From Malacoraja senta (lineage: Eukaryota): DNA of 64,000 bases. A program made the position numbers and the translations under genes. The stretch covers positions 3,722,001-3,786,000 of the forward strand of contig CM075997.1 in the NCBI GenBank assembly GCA_038087875.1, in the 5' to 3' direction. This document shows positions 52,627 to 64,000 of this stretch, piece by piece; position 1 is the stretch's first letter; every line of letters starts with the position of its first letter. The notes under the pieces were generated by a model. The model searched no databases. It was not told the origin of the DNA and saw only the letters and a program-made list of their open reading frames with translations.

Positions 52627-53322
52627 AGAAACATAGAAACATAGGAATTAGGTGCAGGAGGCCCTTCAAGCCAGCACCGCCATTCATTGTGATCATGGCT
52701 GATCGTCCCCAATCAATAACCCATGCCTGCCTTCTCCCCATATCCCTTGATTCCACTAGCCCCTAGAGCTCTATCTAACTCTCTTTTAAATCCATCCAGT
52801 GATTTGGCCTCCACTGCCCTCTGTGGCAGGGAATTCCACAAATTCACAACTCTCTGGGTGAAAACGTTTTTTCTCACCTCAGTCTTAAATGGCCACCCCT
52901 TTATTCTAAGTGTGGCCCCTGGTTCTGGACTCGCCCAACATTGGGAACATTTTTCCTGCATCTAGCTTGTCCAGTCCTTTTATAATTGTATATGTTTCTA
53001 TAAGATCGCCCTCATCCTTCTAAACTCCAGTGAATACAAGCCTAGTCTTTTCAATCTTTCCTCATATGACAGTCCCGCCATCCCAGGGATCAATCTCGTG
53101 AACCTACGCTGCACTGCCTGAATCACAAGGATGTCCTTCCTCAAATTAGGAGACCAAAACTGTACACAATACTCCAGATGTGGTCTCACCAGAGCACTAT
53201 ACAACTGCAGAAGAACCTCTTTACTCCTATACTGAAATCCTCTTGTTATGAAGGCCAACATTCCATTAGCTTTCTTCACTGCCTGCTGTACCTGTAAGCC
53301 AACTTTCAGTGACCGGTGTACA
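52627..53322 (-). mobile_element. CR1 LINE 3' fragment
   Basis: KKANGMLAFI…RPHLEYCVQFWSP; 3'UTR and tail. Confidence 0.85.
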
Positions 53323-54204
53323 AGTTTAATTTAGTTAAGTTTAGTTTAATTTAGTTTAGAGATACAGCGTGGAAACATAAGGTCATAAGGTCATAAGTGA
53401 TAGGAGCAGAATTAGGCCTATTCGGCCCCATCAAGTCTACTCCGCCATTCAATCATGGCTGATCTATCTCTCCCTCCTAACCCCATTCTCCTGCCTTCTC
53501 CCCGTAACACCTGACACCCGGGGTGGAGAAGGACTGACTGAACTGTGTTGCCTTCCACCACAGTGAAGAAAGCTGTGGTGTATGTTTGTGTTAAATGTTA
53601 TTGTGTATTGTGTGGGTTTTTTTGAGTGTATCGCTGCTGGCAAATTCTTTTCACTGCACCTTCGGGTGCATATGAAGCATAAATTTGACTTTGACTTTGA
53701 CTTTGAAACAGGCCCTTCAGAGATCCTTGAGAAACAGAGACCCGGGTTCGATCCTGACTACGGGTGCCGTCTGTACGGAGTTTGTACGTTCTCCCTGTGA
53801 CCTGCGTGGGTTTTCTCCGGGTGCTCCGGTTTCCTCCCGCACTCCAAAGACGTGCAGGTTTGTAGGTTTAATTGGCTTCTGCAAATTGCCCCCAGTTTGC
53901 AGAACACAACTGGTGTATGGTTGATCGCTGGTCGGCACAGTCTTAGTTGGCCAATTGTTTAGTATCACCAAGGTCCAGCTCCAGGGATCCAGGGTTCAGC
54001 ATCGATCCGGACCTCCAGAACAAAATTCCTCTGAGATTCTCCGCGGCCACACATATATTTGTTAGCGTTAATTTGGGGTTAGAAGTGAGAGATAGATCAA
54101 CCATGATTGAATGGTGGAGTAGACCTGATGGGCCGAATGGCCTAATTCTACTATCTCATAATTGAATGATCTGGTGATTTGGTGGTGTTCTCAAAAACCA
54201 TAAC

Positions 54205-54550
54205 TATACCTGGCACCCTTGCCGCTCATGTGACCCCCTGGGGTGATATCCCTCCCCCTTGTTTGAGGGGAGTCCCCACCGAACTCTGACACCCAATGTC
54301 CAGCAGCGGAAGGACCCTAGACTGTGGCCCTCCCCCACCCACCGAGCCTTGGCGTTGGCTGCACCGAGCTTCAGTGCGTCCCTCAGTACGTACTCCTGCA
54401 GTCTGGAGCGGGCCAGTCGGCAACATTCCCCCACGGACATCTCGCTCTGTCGGGAAGGGTCAACAAGGTTCGGGGACGACCAAAGAGCGTCTTTCACCGA
54501 GTTGATGACCCTCCAGCAGCACCGGACGTCCATCTCCGAATGTGTCCCTG
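54205..54550 (-). mobile_element. Probable Tx1/L1-like ORF2 C-terminal remnant
   Basis: CCWRVINSVKDALWS…LQEYVLRDALKLG…AKARW resembles Tx1-like ORF2 ends. Confidence 0.5.
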
Positions 54551-54766
54551 GGAAGTTAGATGTGGCCCTTGTGGCTAAGGGGATCAGGGGGGTATGGAGA
54601 GAAGGCAGGTACGGGATACTGAGTTGGATGATCAGCCATGATCATATTGAATGGCGGTGCAGGCTCGAAGGGCCGAATGGCCTACTCCTGCACCTATTTT
54701 CTATGTATCTATGTAATAGTCCGTTGATCAGAGAGTCCTCAGTTACGGACAGCATCACAGCGGACT

Positions 54767-55305
54767 GAGGAACAGCATCTCATATTTCACTTGGGCAGCT
54801 TACAGCCCAGTGGTATCAATATTGGTTTCTCACACTTCAAGTAGCCATGGCATTCCCTCTCTCTCCATCCCACCCCCACCCAAGTTGCACTAGCTTCTCA
54901 TTTTCACACAACAAACAGCTAACAATGGTAGACAAAAAATGCTGGAGAAACTCAGCGGGTGAGGCAGCATCTATGGAGAGAAGGAATTAATTGGTTGCCA
55001 ATTCCTTCTCTCCATAGATGCTGCCTCACCCGCTGAGTTTCTCCAGCATTTTTTGTCTACCTTCGCTTTTTCCAGCATCTGCAGTTCTTTCTTAAACATT
55101 CAGCTAACGATGGCCTGTTTCCTTTATCATAGTTTATTTTTTGCATATCTTTCATTCATTGTTCTTTATCTCTCCACATCACCGTCTATATCTCTCCTTT
55201 CCCCTTATCCGGCCTAACAAGTCTCAACCCGAAACGTCACCCATTCCTTCTCTCCAGAGATGCTGCCTGTCCCGCTGAGTTACTCCGGCATTTTGCGTCT
55301 ATCCT
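54767..55305 (+). mobile_element. Penelope-like element 3' end (GIY-YIG C-terminus plus terminal repeat)
   Basis: EEQHLIFHLGSLQPSGINIGFSHFK* at 54767-54844; related pieces near 14130 and 47070. Confidence 0.7.
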
Positions 55306-55364
55306 CTGTGATGGAGCTTTTCGGGATGAACCGTGACAGGGACTCTTGCAACCTTCTCCAGTCT

Positions 55365-55642
55365 GAGGGGGGAAATCCTTTAAGACCGAGATTTGGAAAA
55401 ACTTTTTCACACAGAGAGTGGTGAATCTGTGGAACTCTCTGCCACAGACGGTAGTTGAGGCCAGTTCATTGGCTATATGTAAGAGGGAGTTAGATGTGGC
55501 CCTTGTGGCTAAGGGGATCAGGGGGTATGGAGAGAAGGCAGGTACGGGATACTGAGTTGGATGATCAGCCATGATCATATTGAATGGCGGTGCAGGCTCG
55601 AAGGGCCGAATGGCCTACTCCTGCACCTATTTTGTATGTATC
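55365..55642 (+). mobile_element. CR1 LINE 3' end
   Basis: Same 3' sequence as the young CR1 at 40457-42973. Confidence 0.8.
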
Positions 55643-56078
55643 TAAGAAGGGTTTCGGCCCAAAACGTTGCCTGTTTCCTTCGCTCCATAGATGCTGCTGC
55701 ACCCGCTGAGTTTCTCCAGCACTTTTGTCTACCTTCTCCAGACTCTCTTCTCAAATCGGTACCATGTGATGAAGAAGATGAAGAGGCTGAGAGCGTTTGC
55801 TGGAGCCTTAAATAACCAGTGCTACTCAATGTAATTAAAGTTGCTGTATTGACAGGCACTGAATAGGCAGACAAATTGGCTAAATCCTCCCTTTATTTAA
55901 CATGTATGAATATTTTATGAAGGATTCATAAGCCTTTTATTAGAGTGTGACAACGCGACAGATAATTACGATCCTTGCAGCCACGTTGATCGCTGCTGGG
56001 ATAAAGCTATGAAGACAAACAGGGGCTGTGGTATCTCTCCTTGACTCAGTTCTGTATCATCGAACTGCAGAACTCTAA

Positions 56079-56389
56079 AAGCCCTGTCCCACGGTACGAG
56101 TTCATTCCAAGAGCTCTCCCGAGTTAAAAAACTCGAGGTAAGCACGGAGAATGAACGTAGCGGGTACGTCGGAGCTCGGGGACGTCTCTTAGCGGCTCGT
56201 AACGCTAACGGCAGGTACTCGGGAAACGCGGTAAGCCCGGGAAGACTCGGGAAGATTTTTCAACATGATGAAAAATGTCCACGAGAGCCCCGAGTACCGA
56301 CCAGCGGCCATCACCGTAAATCTCCGAGTTCGAATCAGGGCATACTCGGGAGAGCTCTTGGAATGAACTCGTACCGTGGGACAGGGCTA
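56079..56389. mobile_element. PIF/Harbinger-type MITE (same family as 6252-6560)
   Basis: TIR AGCCCTGTCCCACGGTACGAGTTCATTCCAAGAGCTCTCCCGAGT; TAA TSD; shared internal sequence. Confidence 0.85.
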
Positions 56390-56569
56390 TAACGCGGAGA
56401 ACCAGCCTATTCTGTCCATCAGATGGGAGGCACAAGGAACTGCAGGTGCTGGTTTACAGAAAGAAAACAAACACAAAGTGCTGGAGTAACTCAGCGAGTC
56501 AGGCAGCATCTCTGTGGGGGATGATTGGTGAGATTGAGATTGCGCTTTTTGAGATTATTTGAGAGGGGC

Positions 56570-56982
56570 CGGCACGGTGACCAGCGGTAGAGTTGCTGCC
56601 TCACAGCGCCAGAGACTCGGGTGCAATCGTGACTGCAGGTGCTGCCTGTACGGAGTTTGCACGTTCTCCCCGTGACACGCCTGAGTCTTCTCCGGGTNNN
56701 NNNNNNNNNNNNNNNNNNNNNNNNNNNNNNNNNNNNNNNNNNNNNNNNNNNNNNNNNNNNNNNNNNNNNNNNNNNNNNNNNNNNNNNNNNNNNNNNNNNN
56801 NNNNNNNNNNNNNNNNNNNNNNNNNNNNNNNNNNNNNNNNNNNNNNNNNNNNNNNNNNNNNNNNNNNNNNNNNNNNNNNNNNNNNNNNNNNNNNNNNAGG
56901 AGGGTGCTAGTGTAGGGGGCGATCGCCGGCCTGCGTGGACCCGGTGGGTTAAAGGGCCTCTCTGCAACTCTAAAGTCTAAAG
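56570..56982 (+). mobile_element. V-SINE (contains the assembly gap; tail split by the hAT element and resuming after 61423)
   Basis: tRNA-like head, V-domain and 3' part; tail repeats on both sides of the hAT element. Confidence 0.75.
56698..56897. other. Assembly gap (200 N)
   Basis: Run of N. Confidence 1.
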
Positions 56983-57633
56983 CAGGGGTGGGGAACCTTT
57001 GCATGTTGGAATGCCACATTAAGTTAGCTGTAATCTAATAAGGCCGCATCCAAGAAACTTCAATTAGATATACTTCAAAATGTACATTGTTTTGTAAAAG
57101 TCTAACTATGTACTAACTTCAAGAAAATGAATTTTTTTGTTAATTCTAAAGTTCTAACCTTTTAATTACTTTGTTGTGACTGCATTCTAGAGTCTAGAGT
57201 CGCATTAGAACTAAATTATGAATTTAACAGGTGTTAAAATAGCCCTCATGACTTACTAATGTTTTAATTGTGGCCGTCAGTCGGGGAGGGTTATTTCGTT
57301 GAATCTTCTTTTATTCTTTAGTATTTTAAATACGTTCATTTTAAGATTAAAATTAAAATAATAAAAGATGAACAAAAACATATTAATAAAAATAAAAGGA
57401 TTTGTTCTACAAAATTTGGATTCATTTTAAAGGCCGCACTTAATGGCCTAGAAGGCCGCATGTGGCCTTAAGGGCCTGTCTCACTTTCATGACCTAATTC
57501 ACGACCTTTTTTACTCGTGGACATTTTTCAGCATGACGAAACAACGCCCCGACCTACTTGATGCCACGAGTACCTACGACTAATATCACGGCCTACCTAC
57601 GATCTACCTACGACCTACCTACGACCTACCTAC

Positions 57634-60600
57634 TGTAAAAACTTGTCAAACACGTAATGTCTTCACTCTTAGTTTATTGCATACATTGTAGTCGTATACA
57701 CACATGTAGACACCCTAGCTGTTCGTGGTCCGTCACCGGAGCTAGAGAGCGAGCTGGGGGTGGGAAGGTTACAATTATACTGAAGATAATGGGGAGTGGT
57801 TAGTAGTGGTGAGGTCATTATGTTAAAGGAACATGCACTGATCTACATCCTTCCTCTTGGAAAGGGAAACATTACAATGATGACAGTGAGACCACGACTC
57901 ATATGCTAGACACAAACCCGCGCGTACATCGTCAGGAAAAAACTTGAAACATTCAAGCAAACTCCCCGTAACGCTCAGGCGGCTTGACCAGACGCCCGGA
58001 GCGGGTACGCAGCCCGCCTTCCCCCCCCCCCCCCTCCGAAGGAAGAGCAGATACAGGAGCAGGAGGGGTGATAGGGGAGCTGACAGGAGAATGAGCAGGA
58101 GAGGGAGGACGAGGAGACCGGGGAGGAGAAACGGGCACCGCAACGGCCACGCGAGCGGGAGAGGGATGATGGGGATTGGGGGGGGGCCAGGAGGAGCAGT
58201 GGGAGAACGGGGCACCAAGAGTTGAGAGGGCAGAGTCCTGGGCATGGGAGGAGCGGTAGGCAAAGAGGTGGCAACCGGGGGAGCAAAAGGGGCTGCGGGA
58301 GGCGGAGCGGGCTCGTTAACCGGCAGCAAATGCTGGCGGGACCGGCGGTAGATGGTGCCCTCGTAGTCAACTAGGTAAGAGCGCGGAGAGTCTGCAAAGT
58401 CGATGACAACGGCCAGTCGGTGGTGTCCGGAGGGGGACTGCATCCGGACGACCTGGCCCTTGAAGAGGGGCTGAAGGGGACGGCATGATTTGTCGTGGGA
58501 GCGCTTCTGGACGACCTGTTTCTGGGCAATGCGCTCCTGGACAGCAGCAGGGCTGCGGACTGCGGGCTGTAGGGATCGCTGGGAGACAGGGATCGGAGGG
58601 CGAGTGGTGCGGGACATGAGCCGCTGAGCAGGCGAGCCCAGGGCATGGTCGCGACAAATATTTCGGAGATTCAGTAGTGCCAGATAAAAATCCGGATGCG
58701 ATAGTCTACACTGCTCCAACAGCTCCTTGGCACTGCGGACGGCGCGCTCAGTAAGGCCGTTGCTCTGCGGGTATTCAGGACTGCTGGTGATGTGGCGAAC
58801 GTTATAGGCGGCAGCGAAGGCGCGGAACTCCGCACTCGAGAACTGGCCCCCGTTGTCAGACTGCACAGTCACAGGAATGCCAAAGGTCCCAAAGTTGCGT
58901 TTCAGCTTCCCGATGACAGCAGCAGAAGTGAGGGAGTGCAGACGCTCCACCTCGAACCAGCTGGAGTAGGAGTCGACAAGGACCAGGAAATGTTTGCCAC
59001 GCCACTCAAATATGTCCGTAGCGACCGCCATCCACGCCAGGTCGGGGGCAGCCTGTTGCAGGAGTGGCTGGCGTTGCTGGTGGGGAGAGAGGCTATTGCA
59101 GGTAGAGCAGGCAGAGACCCTATCCCGGATGTCCTGTGCCATGCCGGGCCAATAAAATTGGGTCTGGGCCTGGGATAGGGTGGCATCGGCTCCGGGATGG
59201 CCGCTGTGGGCAGTTTGGAAATAGTGGTCCCGCAGTGCAGCAGGCACCACAACCTTGTGGCCCTTCACCACCACGCCGTCATGCAGCACAAGTTCATCCC
59301 GGACTAGGAAGTAGGGCGCAGCACCAGCCGGCAAGGATGAGCGACGGTCAGGCCAGCCACGACGGATGACGTCTACAAGCTGTTGCAGGGCAGGATCATT
59401 GGCAGTGTGGTGAATTAGGGACTGCATCTGCTGGGAAGGCACAAAGTTAACGTTTAGCACCATCAGGTCGGATGATTCGTACGGGTGGCGGGCAGTAGAC
59501 GCCAGCGGTGCGCGGGACAGCGTGTCGGCCACAAACATGTCCTTGCCCTTTCGGTACACGATTTGAAACGTGAAGCGTTGGAGCTGCAGCATCATACGCT
59601 GCAAACGGGAAGAGGCAACGTGGATCGGTTTGTTCAAGATCGTGACCAGCGGCTGGTGGTCGGTTTCAATAGTGAAGGTGTTACCCAGAATGTAGTCCCT
59701 GAACTTCGAGCAGGCAAACACCACGGCAAGGAGCTCCTTCTCGATCTGAGCGTAGCGTTGCTCGGTAGGGGTCATGGTGCGGGAAGCGTAGGAGACAGGT
59801 AGTTGCAGGCGGTCGTAGAGTTGCAGGCAGGCGGCACTGAGACCGAAACTTGAGGCATCGCAGGTGAGGACGATGGGGCGCTTTAAGTTGAAGAACTTTA
59901 GAGTGGGGGTGCGAACCAGCCGGGACTTTAGGTCATCGAAGGCTGCCTGATGCAGCGGGTACCAAACCCAGGCAGTGTCCTTCTTGGTCAGTTCCCTCAG
60001 GGGCGCACTCAGCTCACTGAGGTCGGGAATGAATTTCCCCAGGTAGTTCATCATGCCCAAGAAGCGCTGCAGGCTGGGCACGTTGACCGGAGCTGGCATC
60101 CCAGAGACCGCAGCTGTCTTCTGTGGGTCTGGTTTCAGACCCTCAGCCGTAAAAACGTGGCCCACGTAGGTGACCTCCGGGACGTGGAAGCGGCACTTCT
60201 TGGGGTTCAGTTTGAGGTTGATCTCACGAGCCCGATCCAGGACTTGGCGGAGGTGGAGGTCGTGCTCAGCGACGTCTCTCCCGTACACTAAGATGTCATC
60301 GACGATGATAGCACACGGCAGACGGGCAAATAGCTGCTCCATGGTGCGCTGGAAAACCTCGCTGGCAGAATTGATCCCGAAAGGCATGCGGAGGAAACGG
60401 AACCTGCCGAAAGGTGTACCGAACGTGGTCAGGAAGGATGAACGTTCATCCAGCGGAATCTGCCAGAAAGAGCTTGGCATCGAGGACAGAGAATACAGTG
60501 GCTGGGCCAACCTTTGCAGCGACATCCTCCACCGTTCGCATGGGGTAGTGCGGGCGCTTGATGGCAAGGTTTAGGTCCTTGGGGTTTATACAGATCCGAA

Positions 60601-61263
60601 TCTCACTCTTGTCCTTCTTGGAAGCAACGACCATGGTGGAGACCCACCGGGTGGCATCGCTCACCTCCTTGATGATGCCCACGGCCACCATCTGGCGCAG
60701 TCGACTCCACCCTGTCCTTCATGTCAAAGGAGACGCTGTGAGCCGGGCGGACTACCGGATGGACCCCCGGGTCCACCTCGATTTCGTACTTGCAGGGTAG
60801 TTTGCCCAATACATCGTCAAAACGGTCGGGGTACTCGCACATGGGATCCATGGGGGTCTGCACCAGGTGGATATCGCGGTGGAAGGAAACCAAACCGAGG
60901 TCCTGGCACGCACTGGCGCCCAACAGAGTAACATTCTCAGATTCCAGCAGGAGGAAAGAGAGGGGCCGAGAGGCCTTCAGAACTGTGCAGATAAGGGTTG
61001 CCTTACCGTTGCCCAACTGGAGGCGTGGGTTCGAATCCCACTTCTGACACCATGTAAAAACTTGTCAAACACGTAATGTCTTCACTCTTAGTTTATTGCA
61101 TACATTGTAGTCGTATACACACATATTGCCCTAGCTGTTCGTGGTCCGTTACCGGAGCTAGAGAGCGAGCTGGGGGTGGGAAGGTTACAATTGTACTGAA
61201 GATAATGGGGAGTGGTTAGTAGTGGTGAGGTCATTATGTTAAAGGAACATGCACTGATCTACA
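57634..61263 (-). mobile_element. Gypsy LTR retrotransposon, gag-deleted, two LTRs (57634-57847, 61053-61263)
   Basis: TG…CA LTRs of 214/211 bp; 5-bp flanking duplication CCTAC; PPT AAGAGGAAGGA; tRNA-Leu PBS; pol with IVDDILV RT, RNase H and integrase (ORF 57823..60567 plus frameshifted upstream pieces). Confidence 0.93.
61017..61052 (-). other. Extended primer-binding site complementary to the 3' 36 nt of mature tRNA-Leu
   Basis: + strand CTGGAGGCGTGGGTTCGAATCCCACTTCTGACACCA directly abuts the 5' LTR. Confidence 0.85.
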
Positions 61264-62855
61264 CCTACGACCTACCTACGACCTACTACGACCTACCTAC
61301 GACCTCCTACGACCTCGTGACGACCATGCTGCGAGTATGAGTCAAGGGCAAACTCGGCAGAGGTCGTGAATTAGGTCGTGAAAGTGGGACAGGCCCTTTA
61401 AGGCCGCAGGTTCCCCACCCCTGGTCTAAAGTCTAAAGTCTAAAGTAAACTAATCTAAAAGGAAATTTAGGATAATTTGGAAATTTGGGAAGTGCAGTTT
61501 AATTGTGCAGGAAGGAACTGCAGATGCTGGTTTAAACCGAAGATAGACACAAAAAGCTGAAGAAGGGTCTGGACCCGAAACGTCACCCATTCCTTCTCTC
61601 CAGAGCTGTTGCCTGTCCCGCTGAGTTACGCCAGCTTTTTGTGTCTGTCTGCGGTTGAATTGTTGTGTGTGATCCAGCACTCCTCTCTCAGTTGTGGCAA
61701 CTTGCAAAGTTTCTCCGCAGTCGAAGAAAATCTGTTTACGAACTAACCTCATTGTCTGGAACCCTGGAATGCCGGGCTTTTTTTCCACATGATATCAGGA
61801 AACAGCTGGGAATGCTGCATCTGGCATAGGCTGAGCTCCAGACAATATCACCAGCTGCCGTACGGGAGACATGCTTCCAGAACCGGTAGCACCTCTAGGC
61901 ATGTCGTTCCAGTACTGTTGCACCACTAATATTGCCTGTGAGATGTTACGTTGTCCAGGTTCATCCTGTGTGCAGGAAGCAGGGCAAATCCAATCCAAGC
62001 ACTCCACACTCACCCAGCTTTTGGTTAAGTCATAGATAGACACAAAATGCTGGAGTAACTTAGTGGGACAGGCAGCATCTCTGAAGATGCAACGACCAGG
62101 TTCAGGAATAGCTACTTCCCCACAGGCAGCTGGCTATTAAACGTGGCTCGGACAAAACTCTAAAAATTAATCTGTTATTTGCACTTTATCAGTTTATTTA
62201 TTCATGTGTGTATATATTTATATAATGGTATATGGACACACTGATCTGTTTTGAAGTCAATGCCTACTATGTTCTGTTGTGCTGAAGCAAAGCAACAATT
62301 TCATTGTCCTATCAGGGACACATGACAATAAACTCTCTTGAATCTTGAATCTTGAGAGAAGAGATGCGTTACGTTTCGGGTCTTCAGACTGATGTCAGAG
62401 GAGTAGGCGGTGCATAGATAAGGAAGTTTATAGATGAGGATGTGCAAGGTGTGAAAGTACCAAGGGAATGGGTATTTAGGACAATGTAGAATAGATCATT
62501 GTTAGTTGGGCAAAGGTGACAACAAAGCAAACAGAGATAAAATGTAGTCGGAGACAGTAAGACTGGTCGGAGAACTGGGAAAGGGGAAGAGAGATAGAAA
62601 CTGTACCAGTTTCAAAGTTGTCTTGTTGAGTCTCATTGTCTGTCACTCGTTTTCACCTAGCCCACAGCTAACAATGGCTTGTTTCCTCTATCATCTTTTT
62701 GCATATCTTTCATTTGTGTTCTATATCTCTCTATATCATCGTCTATATGTCTCGTTTCCCTTTTGCCAGACTTTCAGTCACCCGCAACATCACCTATTCC
62801 TTTTCTCCAGTGATGGTGTCCGGCCCGCTGAGTTACTCCAACTTTTAGCTCTACT

Positions 62856-63136
62856 TTAGTTCAGTTTAGTTTGGAGATACAGCGTGGAAACAGGCCCTTC
62901 GGCCCAACGGGTCTGTACCGACCTGCGATTCCTGCATGCTACCACTATCCTACACACACTATGGACAATTCACATTTATACAAAGCCAATTAGCTCACAG
63001 ATCTTTCCCAGAGAAAACTCACGCAGGTCACGGGGAGAACGTACAAACTCCGTACAGACAGCACCCGTAGTCAGGATTGAACCCAGGCCTTTGGCGCTGT
63101 GAGGTAGCAACTCGACCACTGCACCACCGTGCCGCC
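62856..63136 (-). mobile_element. V-SINE (HE1-like), internally deleted
   Basis: Reverse copy, head-to-head with the next SINE. Confidence 0.78.
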
Positions 63137-63142
63137 CCCTGG

Positions 63143-63450
63143 AAGGTGGAGTTGCTGCCTTACAGCGAACGCAGCGCCAGAGACCCCGGTTCGATCCCGA
63201 CTACGGGTGCTGCCCGTATGGAGTTTGCACGTTCTCCCCGTGACCTGCGTGGGTTTTCTCCGAGATCTTCGGTTTCCTCCCACACTCCAAAGACGTGCAG
63301 GTTTGTAGGTTAATTGGCTTGGTAAATGTTTAAAAAAATTGTCCCTAGTGGGTGTAGTATGGTGTTAATGTGCGGTGATCGCTGGTCGGCGCGGACCCGG
63401 TGGGCCGAAGGGCCTGTTTCCGCACTGTATCTCTAAACTAAACTAAACTA
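63143..63450 (+). mobile_element. V-SINE (HE1-like)
   Basis: B-box, V-domain and (TAAAC)n tail. Confidence 0.82.
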
Positions 63451-63678
63451 TAAGGGAAGCAAATGGAAAATGTGGTCAACAGTTAGTTAGTCTTGCTCAC
63501 CAGTAGGTTCTGTGGAAGTTTTGCCTCCAGCGACTCTTACCTACGTCTACGGATGTGCCGTGGAAGGCATTTTATTGGGATGCTTTGCAATATGGTTTAG
63601 GAACAACGGCTCCATCCAAGACCGCAGGAAATTGCAGAGAATTGTGGAGGCAGCTTAGCTCCAAAGTACTCAAGAAGT

Positions 63679-63960
63679 CTAGTTTAGAGATATAGAGATA
63701 CGGCGCGGAAACAGGCCCTTCGGCCCACCGGGTCCGTGCCGACCAGCGATCACCCCAATACACTAGCACTACCCTACCCACCAGCGACAATTTACAATTT
63801 TGCCGAAGCCAATTAACTTGCAAACCTGTACATCTCTGGAGTGTGGGAAGAAACCAGAGCCCCCGGAGTATACCAACGTGGTCTCAGAGAGAACGTGCAA
63901 ACTCCGTACAGACAGCGCCCATAGTCAGGATCGCACCCGGGTCTCTGGTGCTGTAAGGCT
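63679..63960 (-). mobile_element. V-SINE (HE1-like)
   Basis: Reverse copy of the same family. Confidence 0.78.
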
Positions 63961-64000
63961 AACTGTACATGATCCATATTTCTGAAGAAGGGTTTCGGCC

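Larger units (their letters stand above)
57471..61397. mobile_element. Harbinger-type MITE split by a Gypsy insertion
   Basis: TIRs AGGGCCTGTC…GACAGGCCCT; TTA TSD; the halves match the reverse complement of 51823-52060. Confidence 0.85.
56983..61423. mobile_element. Non-autonomous hAT (Charlie-like) DNA transposon containing nested inserts
   Basis: 16-bp TIR CAGGGGTGGGGAACCT/AGGTTCCCCACCCCTG; 8-bp TSD GTCTAAAG (56975-56982, 61424-61431). Confidence 0.88.

Noticed and set aside
57823..58300. Pro-rich/hydrophobic C-terminal extension of the 914-aa pol ORF as a possible env
   Set aside because: Low-complexity tail with frameshifts relative to the usual TRSGRLVKPP integrase end; no signal peptide or separate ORF.
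61017..61052. Possible tRNA-Leu gene
   Set aside because: Only the 3' 36 nt, includes encoded CCA and abuts an LTR, so it is a primer-derived copy.

Overview
Vertebrate genomic DNA, most likely from a cartilaginous fish (skate/ray/shark), inferred from the HE1-like V-SINE plus CR1/HER1-like LINE repertoire. It holds the 3' eight coding exons (447-37203, + strand) and 3'UTR of a Notch ligand of the DeltaC/Delta-2 type: canonical DSL, 8 EGF repeats, transmembrane segment and C-terminal ATEV. The first two exons lie upstream of the window, and the DSL exon carries an apparent 1-nt frameshift. Most of the rest is transposable element sequence: V-SINEs, CR1, L2, Rex1/Babar, Penelope-like remnants with hammerhead-like motifs, PIF/Harbinger-type MITEs, a hAT MITE and two Gypsy elements. 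Most notable: (1) a 133-bp TSD-flanked insertion (16021-16153, minus) whose first 54 nt fold into a complete, compact CPEB3-like HDV ribozyme starting exactly at the element's 5' end; (2) a gag-less Gypsy element whose primer-binding site extends to 36 nt of tRNA-Leu; (3) a four-level TE nest (SINE > hAT > Harbinger MITE > Gypsy); (4) segmentation-clock-like features of the Delta gene (adjacent PRE+ARE in the 3'UTR, and a PDZ-masking intron-retention frame). No database searches were run; family names come from motif recognition.
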